The position numbers and the translations under genes are program-made. From Chiloscyllium plagiosum (lineage: Eukaryota), in assembly GCF_004010195.1 (NCBI RefSeq), contig NC_057752.1, forward strand, positions 665,908 through 729,907: a DNA stretch of 64,000 bases, in the 5' to 3' direction. Below the pieces are notes generated by a model. The model worked only from the letters and a program-made list of their open reading frames with translations, did not search any database and had not been told where the DNA came from. Each line of letters opens with the position of its first letter. The stretch's first letter is position 1. This document shows, piece after piece, positions 25,203 to 37,554 of this stretch.

Positions 25203-26092
25203 GAGTCATACAGCATGGAAACAGACCTTTCGGATCAACTTGTCCATGCCGACCAAGGTTCCCAAACTAAACTAATCCCACTTGCCTGCGTTTGGTCCAT
25301 ATCCATCTAAAACTTTCCTGTTCATGTCTTTTAAATGTTGTAACTGTTCCTGCATCTGTACCAAATCCTTTGGCAGTTCATTCCACATATGAACAACAAT
25401 CTGTGAGAAAAGGTTGCCCCTCAGGTCCCTTTTAAATTTTTCTCCTCTCACCTTAAAAATATACCCCCTTGTTTTGAACTACCTCACCTTAGGGAAAAGA
25501 CTCTTGGTATTCACCTTATCTATACCTGTCATGATTTTATATGCCTCAACAGGTCACCCCTCAACCTCCTGTGTTCCCAGCTTAACCTTATAACTCAAAC
25601 CCTCTAGTCCCAACAACATCCTGGTAAATCTTTTCTGAGCCCTCTCTATTTTAATAATATCCTTCCTATAGCAGGGCAACCAGAAGTGAACACAGTACTC
25701 CATAATTGATCTCACTAACATCCTATACAATCTCAACCTGATGCCCCAACTCCTATACTCAATGGTCTGAGCAATGAAGGCAGGTGCGCTAAATGCCTTC
25801 TTAACCACCCTGTCTACCTGTGATGCAACTTTCAAAGAACTATGCACCTGAACCCCTAGGTCTCTCTGTTTAACAACACTATCCAGGACGCTACCCATTA
25901 AATATATAAGTCCTGCTCTTGTTTGTTTTACCAAAATGCAATATTTTGCATTTATCCAAATTAAACTCCATCTACCACTCCTCAACCCATTGGCCCAATT
26001 GATCAAAATCCCTTTCTAATCTTAGATAACCTTCTTCACTGTCGACTATTGCACCAATTTTGATGTCATCCGCAAACTTACTAACCATGCCT
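25203..26092 (-). mobile_element. CR1/HER1-type LINE 3' portion
   Basis: QRDLGVQVHSSLKV, EYCVHFW, RAQKRFTRML; FADD at about 26065. Confidence 0.92.
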
Positions 26093-26096
26093 CCGA

Positions 26097-26830
26097 AATT
26101 ACATGGGAGTCTTTCAAAGTGTGCCAGTATTTACAATGGGGTTGCCATGAGTGCATCAGCATTAACCAAAGGATCCCTTGGGTGCGTAAGTGTTTAAAGG
26201 GGGCACCTGAGAGTATATCTACTATCTGAGAGCAGTATTCGCAGTGTTGAGGGGGCAGGGGGGTACCATGGAATATGTACATATTCATATTTTTGTCTCC
26301 TATGATTATGTATGATTCAGGAGTACCAATCAGTTGGGAACCTGTTTTGGCATTTATAGGGATATCCCCAGGGATGCATTTGTATTTGCAGGTCATGGGG
26401 AAACTCCTGGGATACAGCAATGAGGAGGAGTCCGCATATTTCAGCAGGACAAGATATGGGGAAATCCATCCGATTATGTGTTGATATTGCAGTTGGGGCC
26501 AGGAGTTAACCTATGTTCATGGGGAGGCATTCTACAGGGTTGTGTCAGTGTCTAGAGAGGGGATCCCTGCCAGTGCACTTGTGTTTACAGGAGCATTCCC
26601 AGGAGTGCGTCAGTATTTACCAGAGGAGTTCCCAGGAGTGCATCAGTATTTCAAAAGGGTTTCTCAGGAGTGCATTGTTATTTACAGGGACATTCCAAGA
26701 AGTACAATGGTATTTATACAAAGTTTCCTGGGAATGCATCAGTATTTACAGGGGCATTTCAAGTAGTGTGTTGGTCTTTCATTGGAGTTCATCGGTATTT
26801 GCATTAGTATTTACAGCAGGGTTCTGGGAT
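26097..26830. repeat. Degenerate ~32-bp minisatellite (consensus about TTCCCAGGAGTGCATCAGTATTTACAGGGG)
   Basis: CAGTATTTAC-like cores at 26611, 26644, 26676, 26708, 26740, 26772 and 26805; more diverged units at 26097-26400. Confidence 0.8.
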
Positions 26831-27574
26831 TATGTCATTCTTTGTCTTTCTGAGCCTGTGGGACATGTTAAATGTTGAGCTCAAGATTTTGAGGTATTTT
26901 CCAACTGCTTCATTTATGGAGTATATATATCACTTATTTTAACTTCCTATATGAAGTTCTTTACAATTTTTCGTGTTACATTTTGCTAAAGTATTTGCTA
27001 ACTTGCAGATCAAAGGTGAAAGTTCAGCCACATGCTGAATGACAAAGTCAGGCTCATTTGTGCTTCTCAGAACTGGTTAAATCAGGCTCCAGAAAAATTT
27101 GCATTCTTATTTATTCTGTGGTGATAGATAATCTGCAAACAAACTGAGGTAAATTTATGTATGGTTAAAGAAAAGGGATAATTGAGAAATGGAGCAGGCT
27201 TGAGGGGCTGAAGGGCTTCTGTTCCTACATTCCTAAATGAGAATGCTGCCTTCTACAATGGTCTGGGAGGGTCTGGGATGAGAAAATTGGAACACCAGTG
27301 AAAACAAATTACCATTTCATTGATCATTGAAACCCCAAGGAAATGTCCCTTGTCTCCGAGGGGAGAAGGAAACCCTGTGAGCGTCAAGGCTTTGCATCAT
27401 AAATTGCTGCATAGGGCACGAGTCTACCTTGGCTTGGAAATGATCAAAACAAACATGAATGTTGTTGTTCTGTCTCTTGAAGGCTTACAAAAACCTTTTT
27501 GACAGGTGAAACAGTCCCCACATTTTTTATATGAGTATTGTAAGTATTTTGTGAGTCTTTTGTTGGAGAATGGA

Positions 27575-27980
27575 GAGTTTAAATTTGGATGAAGGGACAG
27601 AATGCATGGTTGCTAAATTTGCTGACAATGCAAAAACAGGGAGAAGAGTAAGTTGTGAAGAGGACATAAAGGAATAAAAATAGGTTTAATGGGTGCAAAG
27701 ATTTGGCATATAGCGTATAACATGGAAAAATGTGTACTTATCCACTTTGATAGGAAGAGTAGAAAAGCATTATAGTATTTAAATGGAGAAAGTTTGCAGA
27801 ACTCTGAGGTAGGGATCTGGGTGTCCTGTTATATGAATCACAACAAATTAGTATACAGCTATAGCAAGTAATTCTGAAGGCAAATGGAATGTTGGTGTTT
27901 ATTGCAAGGGTAAGGAATATAAAGGTAAGGAAAATTTTGTTACAGCTGAGCAGGGCATTGGTGAGACAGCTGTACTATGT
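27575..27980 (+). mobile_element. Old CR1 fragment (continues at about 28710-29275)
   Basis: GCTAAATTTGCTGACAAT, GGGATCTGGGTGTCC and GCAAATGGAATGTTGG motifs. Confidence 0.7.
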
Positions 27981-27981
27981 A

Positions 27982-28710
27982 CATGATTTGGAGAGGCCGG
28001 TGTTGGACTGGGGGTGTACAAAGTTAAAAATGACACAACACCAGGTTATAGTTTATTTGGAAGCACTAGCTTTAGGAGTGCTGCTGCTTTATCAGGTGGT
28101 TGTGGAGTATGAGATCGTAAGACACAGAATTTATTGCAAAAGTTTACAGTGTGATGTAACTGAAATTATGTATTGAAAAAGACCTGGATTGTTTGTTCAG
28201 TCTCTCATCTTTTAGAATGATTTGGAGATGCTGGTGTTGGACTGGGGTGTACAAAGTTAAAAATCACACAACACCAGGTTATAGTCCAACAGGTTTAATT
28301 GGAAGCACACTAGCTTTCGGAGCGAGCGACGCTCCGAAAGCTAGTGTGCTTCCAATTAAATCTTTTAGAATTAACATGTTGGTTTCAGTTCTTTCAAATG
28401 TAAATCGCAGAATATTTAAAAGTTACATTCTCAAATGAACTTTAACAATTGGTGTCATGTTGGTCCAGATAATGCACTTAAGGTGTGAGGTGCCCTGTGT
28501 GAGACTGTCTGTGCCACAATGGGCAGACTGATTCTAATGTAAAAAATGGATTTACAGAATCTTACATGGATTCGTGCAGTTTTTGAGCAAAGGAAAATGT
28601 AATTCTGCAAGTACAAATTCACCCCACAAACGTGTGTATGTGTGTGTTTGCGGGGGTGGGGGGTGGGGGAGGGGATTATGAATGTCTGTGAGCGAGTATG
28701 TGTGTGAGTG
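27982..28710 (-). mobile_element. PLE family C 3' end hosting a nested family C insertion
   Basis: ATGATTTGGAGAGGCCGGTGTTGGACTGGGG terminus, decayed hammerhead, GT-rich segment. Confidence 0.82.
28219..28359. mobile_element. PLE family C mini fold-back inserted in a family C copy
   Basis: 12-bp TSD ATCTTTTAGAAT (28207-28218 / 28360-28371); hairpin TTTAATTGGAAGCACACTAGCTTTCGGAGCG-AGCGA-CGCTCCGAAAGCTAGTGTGCTTCCAATTAAA. Confidence 0.85.
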
Positions 28711-29809
28711 GAATTCTCTTCCCCCAGACAGCAACAGAGGAAGGAATATTGAATATTTTTCAGGCTGATAATGATAGATAATTGATTGACAAGGGAGTCA
28801 GCAGTTTTTGGGGGCAGAGAGATGGTTTTCCCTTACAGGAACATCTAGGACTAGACAAAATAATCTCAGAATAAGTGTCCGCCTATGTAAGACAGAGATG
28901 AGGAGGAATTGTTTTTCCTCAGAGAGTAGTGAATCTGTGAAATTCTTTACCACAGGGAGCTGTCAAGGCTGGGTCATTTAATATATTTAAGGCTGAGATA
29001 GATAGATAGATTTTTAATCAAAGGGAATCAAGGATTATAGGGAAAAGGTTGGAAAGTGGAGTTGAGGATTTTCAGATCAGTTATGATCTCATTGAATGGC
29101 AGAGCAAGCTCAATTTGTTGAATGGTCTAAGATTGCTGCTATATCTTATGGTCTTATGGGTAGACAAGAAAATAGAGTTGAGGCCACAATTAGATCAGTC
29201 ACGACCTTATCAAATGGTAGAGTGTGCTCAAGAGGCCAATTGGCTTGCTGCTTCAAATTCTTGTATTCGTATGTACGTGTGTTTCACTTTTTCTCATTGC
29301 CATTGTGATTAAAAATGATCCAACAGGAAATACGTTTTGCAAATCTTTTCATGTAAGTGATGTGTCCCTTCATTAAAGCTTTATTGAGCGCAGAGTTTCA
29401 GACATTACAGGAGCCTTTATCATGGTATTATGTTCATTAATGCCAGTCACGTTGCACTGGAATCAAATGCTGCTACTTTGACTCTGCACAAGTGACGCTG
29501 AAGTAAGATGTGCCTTAAAATAAGGACTGCCCCTTTGTCTTGGTGGCTCGTTGGGTTTTTTAAATTCACAGAATAGCGTGTAGGGAGGGCAAATCAGTCT
29601 GTGGTCAATTTATTATCAAACTTCTCTGTCCTTTTTGCTCACTGTCCATAATGCAGTTAACTCAAACTGAGGAACTTGTGATGAGGTAAAAAACCCAACC
29701 ACACCCTGAACAAAGGTGCTTTTTTCTCTATTTTATATTCCAGAGTTTTGGATTGTCGCAAGTATTTGATCGGTATCTTAATCCAAAATATTCCAGTAAA
29801 TGATCGAAT

Positions 29810-30310
29810 ATAGAAAATAGAACAGTACAGCACAGTACAGGCCCTTCGGCCCTCGATGTTGTGCTGGCCTTCTATCCTACTGTAAGATCAGACTAATGTA
29901 CATACCCTTCATTGTACTAACTTACCTGTGCCTATCCAAGAATTGCTTAAATGTCCCTAATGTATCTGAATCTACTACTGCTGGCAGTGCATTCCATGCT
30001 CACACCATTCTCTGAGTTAAGAACCTACCCTGACATCTCCCCTAAACCTTCCTCATTGCCTTAATTACCTTAAAATTACGCCCCTCGTGATAGACATTTC
30101 GCCATGGGAAAAAGTCTCTGGCCATCCACTCTATCTATTCCTCTCAACATCTTGTACACCTCTATCAAGTCACCTCTCATCCTTCTTTGCTCCAATGAGA
30201 AAAGCCCTAGCTCCCTCAACCTCTTTTCATAAAACAAGCCCTCCAGTCCAGGCAGCATTCTGGTAAATCTCCTCTGCACCCTCTCTAAAGCTTCCACATC
30301 CTTGCTATAA
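29810..30310 (-). mobile_element. CR1 LINE 3' end (same subfamily as 11205)
   Basis: [21 protein letters not shown]...[11 protein letters not shown]. Confidence 0.9.
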
Positions 30311-30540
30311 TCCCTGCATTTTCCACGGCTAACCCGCCCAGCCTGCACAGCTCTGGATACTATGGGCAATTTAACGTGGCCAATCCACCTAACCTGCACT
30401 TTGTACTGTGGGAGGAAACTGGAGCATCCGGAGGAAACCCACGCAGACACGGAGAGAATGTGCAAACTTCACACAGACAGTCCTCCGAGGCTGTAGTCAA
30501 ACTCGGATCCCTGCTGCTAACCGCTGAGCCATTGTGCTAG
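30311..30540 (-). mobile_element. HE1-type SINE abutting CR1
   Basis: Minus strand CTGTCTGTGTGAAGTTTGCACATTCTCTCCGTGTCTGCGTGGGTTTCCTCCGG. Confidence 0.85.
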
Positions 30541-30660
30541 CCCAAGCCAAAGTGTCGCAAATCACAATTAATATTGCCATCACAAGTCACAGGTATAGGT
30601 AGAAACAATTTAGCTTTACATTTGGGACATTTTCAGACATCCCTGTCAAAGTGGGATACT

Positions 30661-30835
30661 CGACGAGCAGGAGAATTGACATTTCGGACATAAGCCCTTC
30701 ATCAGGAATTGCTGATGAAGGGCTTATACCCGAAACGTCGATTCTGTTGCTCCTCGGATGCTCCCTGACCTGCTATGCTTTTCCAGCACCACACTCTCAA
30801 ACCTGATCTCCAGCATCTGCAGTCCTCACTTTCTC
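30661..30835. mobile_element. PLE family B fold-back insertion with hammerhead at 30712-30739
   Basis: TSD (TC)AAAGTGGGATACT (30646-30660 / 30834-30848); CTGATGAAGGGCTTATACCCGAAACGTC. Confidence 0.86.
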
Positions 30836-31639
30836 AAAGTGGGATACTTGGTGGGAAATAGACAACTAGCACAATTCAGTGTTATCAAACCTACAAAAAT
30901 GATTTATGTAAAATGACATCCAATACTGTGTCTAATAACAAATAAGAAGGCAGCGCTTTATAACCAAAGAAATGCAAAACAAGATCATAGGCCTGATCAG
31001 AAGGCCTACCAATCCCAGCATGAGGTGTTGCAGTAAAATTGGCTTTACCCTGCCTTCCTCAAGTCAGAGATTTACATTGTGGAGCAAGGAATCTGCAATT
31101 TGTACATTGATGGAGTGTGGAAAATGGAACATGCCCACTGTCAGTCTCCATTGACCATGATGAGATTGAAATGTATTTCCATGCTGCTGTGGTGCCCTTC
31201 ATGTTGTCATTGCTTTTCAGTAAAGGCTAGGTTGGCAAGAATATTACCACATGGTCGTCACCTCAAAGTGGTTTTAAAAGCAATTAACAAACAAAAAGCA
31301 ACTTTCAAAACTGAGTTGAATTACTTATCTCAAAATTATCTATTTTGAATTATAACCTGGCTCCAAAGGTTCTCGAAAGCTCTATAATTGACCCTGAACC
31401 CCAGACTGTTATGCAATGTGGCCCCCTGGTGTTAATTCAAAGTATATTTCAGAAATTTCATTCCCCAACTTTCTTGCAAAGTAATTTCCTGTCCTCTACG
31501 CTATAATTCTATAACTTTTTAAAAATTGCAATTAACTGTTCTCTTTACAATCTAAAAAATCCTTGCGGCAGATACAGTTAAAGCATCCAGTCTGAGTATG
31601 GTAATAGATTTACAGATCCTCTCAAGGTAACAATAGATA

Positions 31640-32160
31640 TAATCAAACAGGAACCAGGACAGTTTAGTATCTAGTGAAGCTGTAGGCTGTTTCCTTAAGC
31701 CTGCCTTAAAAGTTTGGACTGCTCTTTCTGCCAGACGATTGGATGATGGATCGTATGGATCCTTTTGTGCCAAACGCCATTCAACTTTAGGAAATACTGA
31801 AATTCCTTGTTGATAAACCAGGAGAGCATGTATTGCAAAAGATGTGTGCAGTTTTTCTATCGTCATCCTGTATTTGACAAATGATCTCTATGCACAACCG
31901 GCCACTTTGAGTGGGCCACAATGACTAAGAACATTGAGCCTATGAAAGGACCTGAATAGTCGATGTATAGCTGAGTCCAGGGTTTACCTGGCCATTCCCA
32001 AGAATACCGCAGAGCTGCTGGTGGTAATTTCTGTCCTTTGTGGCACTCTAGACAGTGCCTCACCTATGTGGCTACGTCTGCATCCAATTGTGGCAATCAG
32101 ACATAATTTCTCACCAACATATCCATTTTGGAAACCAAACTGATTTTGGCTCTAGAATTG
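31640..32160 (-). mobile_element. Gypsy-type LTR retrotransposon integrase relic (frameshifted)
   Basis: SWEWPGKPWTQLYIDYSGPFIGSMFLVIVAHSKWP and PYDPSSNRLAERAVQTFKAGL (rve DDE-integrase motifs). Confidence 0.85.
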
Positions 32161-32207
32161 GTGAGGTTAACTTTATCCAGTTTATTATAGATACCTTTGA
32201 GAGTCTT

Positions 32208-33250
32208 AAAGTTAAAAATCACACAACACCAGGTTATAGTCCAACAGGTTTAATTGGAATGCACACTAGCTTTCGGAGCAACGCTCCTTCATCAGGTGAT
32301 TGTGGAGGGCTTGATCGTAACACAGAATTTATAGAAAGAATTTGCAGTGTGATGTAACTGAAATTATACATTGAAGAATTGATTGTCTGTTGCCTTTCAT
32401 CTGTTAGAATACAGTGATAGTTTCACTTCTTTCATGTGTAAATCATAAAACCCTTTTTTTAAAAGTTGCATTCTCGGGTTAGCTGTTAACAATGGTGATA
32501 GCTAGACAATATGTTGAAGGTGTTAGCCCCCTGTGTTCTCTGTCTATGACCTGATGTTTAGATTGATTCCAATCTAAAAAGTGAAATAACAGAGTTTTAC
32601 ATAAATTCATGCAGTTTTTGAGCTCAGAGTTCTACATGAATGTATGTGGTTTTTGAGCAAAGTGCAATGTAACTCTGAAAGTACCAAAAAAACTATGTGC
32701 GCATCTGTGTGTATCTGTGTCTGTGTGTATGTGAGAGTGTGTGTAGGAATATCTGTGTGTGTGTGTGTAGTGCAGTGGTGATCACCTGTAATGTGACATG
32801 AACCCAAGGTCCCGGTTGAGGCCCTCCCTATGGGTACCGAACTTAGCTATCAGCCTCTGCTCAGCCACTTTCCTCTGCTGCCTGTCCTGAAGTCCACCTT
32901 GGAGGATGGTCACCCGAAGGTCCGAGGATGAATGTCCTGGACAACTGAAGTGTTCCCCAACTGGGAGGGAACCCTCCTGTCTGTTGATTGTCGTACAACT
33001 GTATTGTCACTGTATTCTAACAGATGAAAGGCTTAACAGACAATCAATTCTTCAATGTATAATTTCAGTTACATCACACTGCAAATTTTTGCTATAAATT
33101 CTGTGTTACGATCGAGCCCTCCACAATCACCTGATGAAGGAGCGTCGTTCCGAAAGCTAGTGTGCTTCCAATTAAACCTGTTGGACTATAACCTGGTGTT
33201 GTGTGATTTTTAACTTTGTACACCCCAGTCCAACACCGACATCTCAGAAT
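32208..33250 (-). mobile_element. Penelope-like element family C, 5'-truncated with inverted terminal copy; GIY-YIG C-terminus at 32782-32994
   Basis: 12-bp TSD TTTGAGAGTCTT (32196-32207 / 33251-33262); minus-strand TTINRQEGSLPVGEHFSCPGHSSSDLRVTILQGGLQDRQQRKVAEQRLIAKFGTHREGLNRDLGFMSHYR*; inverted arm about 33005-33217. Confidence 0.92.
33128..33162 (+). ncRNA. Minimal type I hammerhead ribozyme motif (PLE family C)
   Basis: CAC-CTGATGA-A-GGAGC-GTC-GTTCC-GAAA-GCTA-GTG: stem I CAC/GUG, palindromic AGCU stem III, CUA triplet. Confidence 0.75.
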
Positions 33251-34629
33251 TTTGAGAGTCTTGGCGTTTTAACCTACAGATGTTTTGAATCATATGACGA
33301 AAAAGGTATTTTGTGTCATTAACCTCTCTGATTGGACGGTGCCTGAATATTCTTTAAAGACTGGAGAGATTCTGCATTTGTTCTTAAGAGATGGCCCGAG
33401 CAACATGAGTTCTGTTGGGTCAGAGAGAGGAGAAGGGATAAATTTTTACTAGTGAAGAATGCAGTATTATTAGACTGAAGGCGTAACATTTCCTATGTTG
33501 GGGTGGTAGGTGGGGAGTAAGGAGGGGAGAAGGGGAAATGGGGTGAGGTGGTGGTGGTGGTGGTGGTGGTATGAAGGACATTAGAAACAACCCAGTTGTT
33601 GCCTTGGCTGAAATCAGCTAACTCAGCATCGACAATTAAAGCTAAGGTTGTACACTGGTGTGTATAATTTACTGCAAAACAAGTCGGTTCTTGAACTTCC
33701 TGAGAAAGCTCACAGCAGCCTCAAGATTTATTCTTGTAAACACCTGTTTTGGTTTTTGAGCAAACAAATATATCTTCAATGAACTCTCAAGTATATGTTG
33801 TATCACATTTTTAATTGACTTGTTTCGACTATTTTGACATGTTTCTATGATCATCACATTCTCAGGTGGGACTTGAGCCTGGACTTTCTGACCTTGCAGT
33901 AGGGCCATGACCACTCCGCCACAAGACCCTTTTTTGTGTGTATACTGTATGTATACTGTAAAAATCCTTCATATTGGTTTACTCCAATGTGGTGCCATGG
34001 ATTTTTACATCCTCCTAAGAGGGTCCACAGGGAAACAGCCCCAAGCTGATAGATTGGCTTCAGACAACTCATACCAAACCCTCAAGCACTACCAACCCTG
34101 CATATGATTGTAGATCAAGTATCCCTTATCCATCTTAGAACCCCTTGAAACAGAGTGGAAGCAAGTCATCCTTGGTCCTGAAGAGTTGCCAAAGAAGGCG
34201 GCTTCAGAACAGCACAGCAAGAGGCCCTATGGTCACTATTTCAACAATAGTGGTGCGTGGTATGAAGGCAGAATGGCTGTATGGAAATCGAGGTGTGCCC
34301 TTGGGAATGATTCTATAGTACTATATTATCGATAATGCCCATACCCCCTCCCATTTTCGGTGAGAGCCTTGCACCATTTCAGGAAACTTGCCCACTTCTT
34401 TGACAAAGTCTAAAAATCCTTAGCTTAATAACAGCCAGGATCTGTACATCTTCCCTGAGGCTGTAAGCAGAAACTGGTGCTATCAATTTGCAATCTATTG
34501 GGCCTGCAGTGAAGGTGGCACTTGTCAGTTAATGAGGTGTGGCAGAGTCATCGGCTGAAGTCAAACAACTGTAATCCTTTAGCTTTTTAATTCCCTCTCA
34601 ATATTATTTCACATGAGGCATAAAATATT

Positions 34630-34727
34630 CTGAGGAAGGGTCACTGGACCCGAAACATTAACTCTGGTTTCTCTTCACAAATGCTGCCAGATCTCCTGAG
34701 ATTTTCCAGCAATTTCTGTTTTTGTTT
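34630..34727 (+). mobile_element. PLE family D solo arm beginning exactly at a hammerhead core
   Basis: 12-bp TSD GCATAAAATATT (34618-34629 / 34728-34739); CTGAGGA-A-GGGTC-ACTG-GACCC-GAAA-CATTA. Confidence 0.8.
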
Positions 34728-35377
34728 GCATAAAATATTGTGTCAGGTAAGAAAATGTCTGAGCCTGACGTCCTCACATCATATCTTTTGGCATCCTTAA
34801 GTTTACAAACTGGGGCACTTCAGCATAAAGTGCTAGTCGGCTGACCTCACCTTCATATTCACATCTGAGTTTCATGTAACTTGGTTGGAACCTGAAAGTA
34901 AAGTTTTTTTTGTACTTGCTGGGAGTTGAGAAGATCAGTGTGTCGGATTGTTGAATTTCCCCTTTTGTGTGAATAGGAACCTCCCAAATCCCTTTAAGGA
35001 TCTCACTCCTCTTTTCCTCAATAGGTATTTTCTGATCAACCTCTTCAGAGATGTTATTACATATCTTTGGAGCAGGAGGGCCTTAAACCTATGCCTCCTG
35101 GCACAGAGGCAGGGACTCTGCCACTGCATCACAACAGCCTTTTTTCCTTTATAATTTGTTTCCATGCTGTATGACTCTATGAATCACATAGTGCCTTTAC
35201 GCAAGCTTTTTAAAAATTATATTCAAATTTCACCACCAGTCATGGCCAGATTTCAACCTCAGAATATTAAACTGAGTTTTGGATTACTAGCCTAGTGACA
35301 CCACCACTACACCACTAACCTCCTCTTCTCAATAGTCTCTTCCAGCACTACAACTCTACCTGAACTTCTCCAACTTC

Positions 35378-35880
35378 TTTTATTCATTCATTGGAGGCAG
35401 TCATCACTGGCTAGGCCCACATTTATTTCCCATCCCATCCCTAATTGATCTTGAGAAGCTGGTGGTGAGCTGCCTTCTTCAACTACTGAAGCCTTTGGAG
35501 TGTAGATACACTCACAATGCTGTTACGGAAGGGAGTTCCAGGGCACTGAAGGAAGAGTTTTCAAGTTAGGATGAGGTGTGGTTTGGAGAGAAACTGATGT
35601 TCCCATATATCTGTTGCCCTTGTCCTTCTAGATGGTGGAGATCATGGGTTCGGGAGGTGCTGACAAAGGAGCCTTGTGACTTCAGTGTGCATTTTGTAGA
35701 TGATACTGATGGCTTCCACTGCACGTTATGAAGAGAGTGAATGTTAAAGGTGGTGGATGTGGCGCCAATCAAGTAGGCTGCTTTGTCCTGGATCATGTCA
35801 AACTTCATGAATGTTGTTGGAGCAGTCTAGCCAAGTGGCGAGTATTCCATCACGGTCTTGTCTTGTGCCTTGTTTATGGT
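35378..35880 (-). mobile_element. Second CR1-group LINE family, 3' end
   Basis: Minus-strand KFDMIQDKAAYLIG remnant and tail CAATTAGGGATGGG..AATGAATGAATAAAA. Confidence 0.72.
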
Positions 35881-36132
35881 GGTCAGATCTCTTAAGCTCC
35901 TAAGCCATTGTTAATCATGCCTTAAGTTGCATAAACAACATTGTGCAGCTCTCTTTCTCTCTTGTAAGCTTCCTCTACTTCCTTTAAGGCCTATCTTAGA
36001 ACCCACTTCTTTGACCAATCTTTTGGTCACCTCCATAATATCTCTTTCTTTGGCTGAATCAGAACATTTCATAAAACTATGCTCCTGAATATGGAACTAC
36101 TTTACAATTTTTAAAAATAAATGTATGGGCAG

Positions 36133-36780
36133 TGTTATGGACCAGACTAAACCTCAAAATATTTTAAGAAGGTAGCCTAAATCCTAATTTTTTCTTATAA
36201 TAAAGGCAAATATAAAGTGCTGTGTTCCAGATGCAACTTGACTGGTCAAACTGCTCGACGTTAAGCAAAACACAATTTATTTATACACTATACTTAAAAT
36301 ACAAACAAAAGAAAGAAGAACTAGAATAACTTAACTCTGTTGGAAAACTTAACAGAATAATAGATACAGTAACTATTGCTAATTAACTGTTCCAATATAG
36401 CAACATCCCAAAAACACACCCCTTGGCGAAAAGGCAAATTCAGAAATCAGATTTTCTAACATGCAATGCTCTAAGTAGGAATAGAAATCACAACTTCTGG
36501 CTATAACTGAGAGAGGTGAAAAAATAGCTCCTACTTCTTCAAAACTCCAGCAGCTTCTGCTGAATCTAGAGGCTAAATAAAAACGTGGAAATTCTGGTCT
36601 GTGAGAGCTGGCCACACCCATCCAGGATGATTTTATTGTTCTAACTTTAAAAAAAACCAAGGCCTCCCAAGCTGTTTACTTCATGGGCCTTCACTAGCCA
36701 GCTCACTGCGTCTGCCTTAAAACCTCTCTTCAAAGAAAACCAGGACAAAATACACCTCTTAAAACCACAGCATTGTCACA
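36133..36780 (-). mobile_element. Probable solo LTR
   Basis: TGT...ACA termini; GCAG/ACAG flanks (4-bp TSD, 1 mismatch); minus-strand AATAAA near 36277. Confidence 0.6.
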
Positions 36781-37554
36781 ACAGTTACTATTGACTGAAA
36801 CAGTTGCTTTATAGGATGAGACTTAACCGAAAAGTTCCAGTATAATGCATTAAAAGTACATTTATCTATCAACATTTAGCTATTAATACCTATGGGTTTG
36901 AGTTATGCAAAAGATACCAGTATACTAATAACTGATAGTAACACCAGACCCCAGATGAGGTTCTCCAATTTATTGTGGTTTCAGACAGGATACTCTAAAT
37001 TGTTAGATTCCTGGGTGAGGAGGGATGAACTGGCTCCCCCTCTTTATTCACCATTTCCCTTGGTTGACCACAAGGTTAGTTTAAAAATAGATCCTTTCCC
37101 TTGCAGATACCCTTTTCCCAGACTCAAATGAACTTTTTACTGGGCTTTCATAAGTTAACAAAGTTTGAGTTTATTAATTAATAAACATGAGAGGAGTTAG
37201 TAATGCAACACACAAATTATAACTAAATGGTGAGTCCAAAAAGATAAAGCTTAAAAACAAAGATATATGAATTCATCTCTGAATGTTTGCAAAGAACGGA
37301 TAGTTGAACATTGCAACCAATGCAGTGGAAGTTACTGGTAGCATTGGGAGCTGAACAGTTGATTTCAAGAGTCTTAGTTTTGTAGATAGGCTGTGATTCT
37401 GATTCCTTTTGATCGTGGCTGGATTCCAACATTCAGTCTGAGAGAGGGAGAGTCCTTGAGTTGTCCTGTATCCTTTTGTTTGGTTTACTAGCTAGCTGGC
37501 TGCTAACGCTCAGAGTGAGAGAGTCTCTTTACCTACAACACAGGTGTTAGATGA

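Noticed and set aside
26097..26830. CRISPR-like periodicity (also 63649-63756)
   Set aside because: Head-to-tail tandem units without unique spacers, no cas genes, vertebrate context
33497..33570. G-rich/(GGT)n tract, and C-rich tract at about 50010-50072, as G-quadruplex elements
   Set aside because: Ordinary low-complexity sequence with no supporting context
36935..37530. Possible second LTR-like repeat
   Set aside because: Composition is suggestive, but no termini or TSD could be defined
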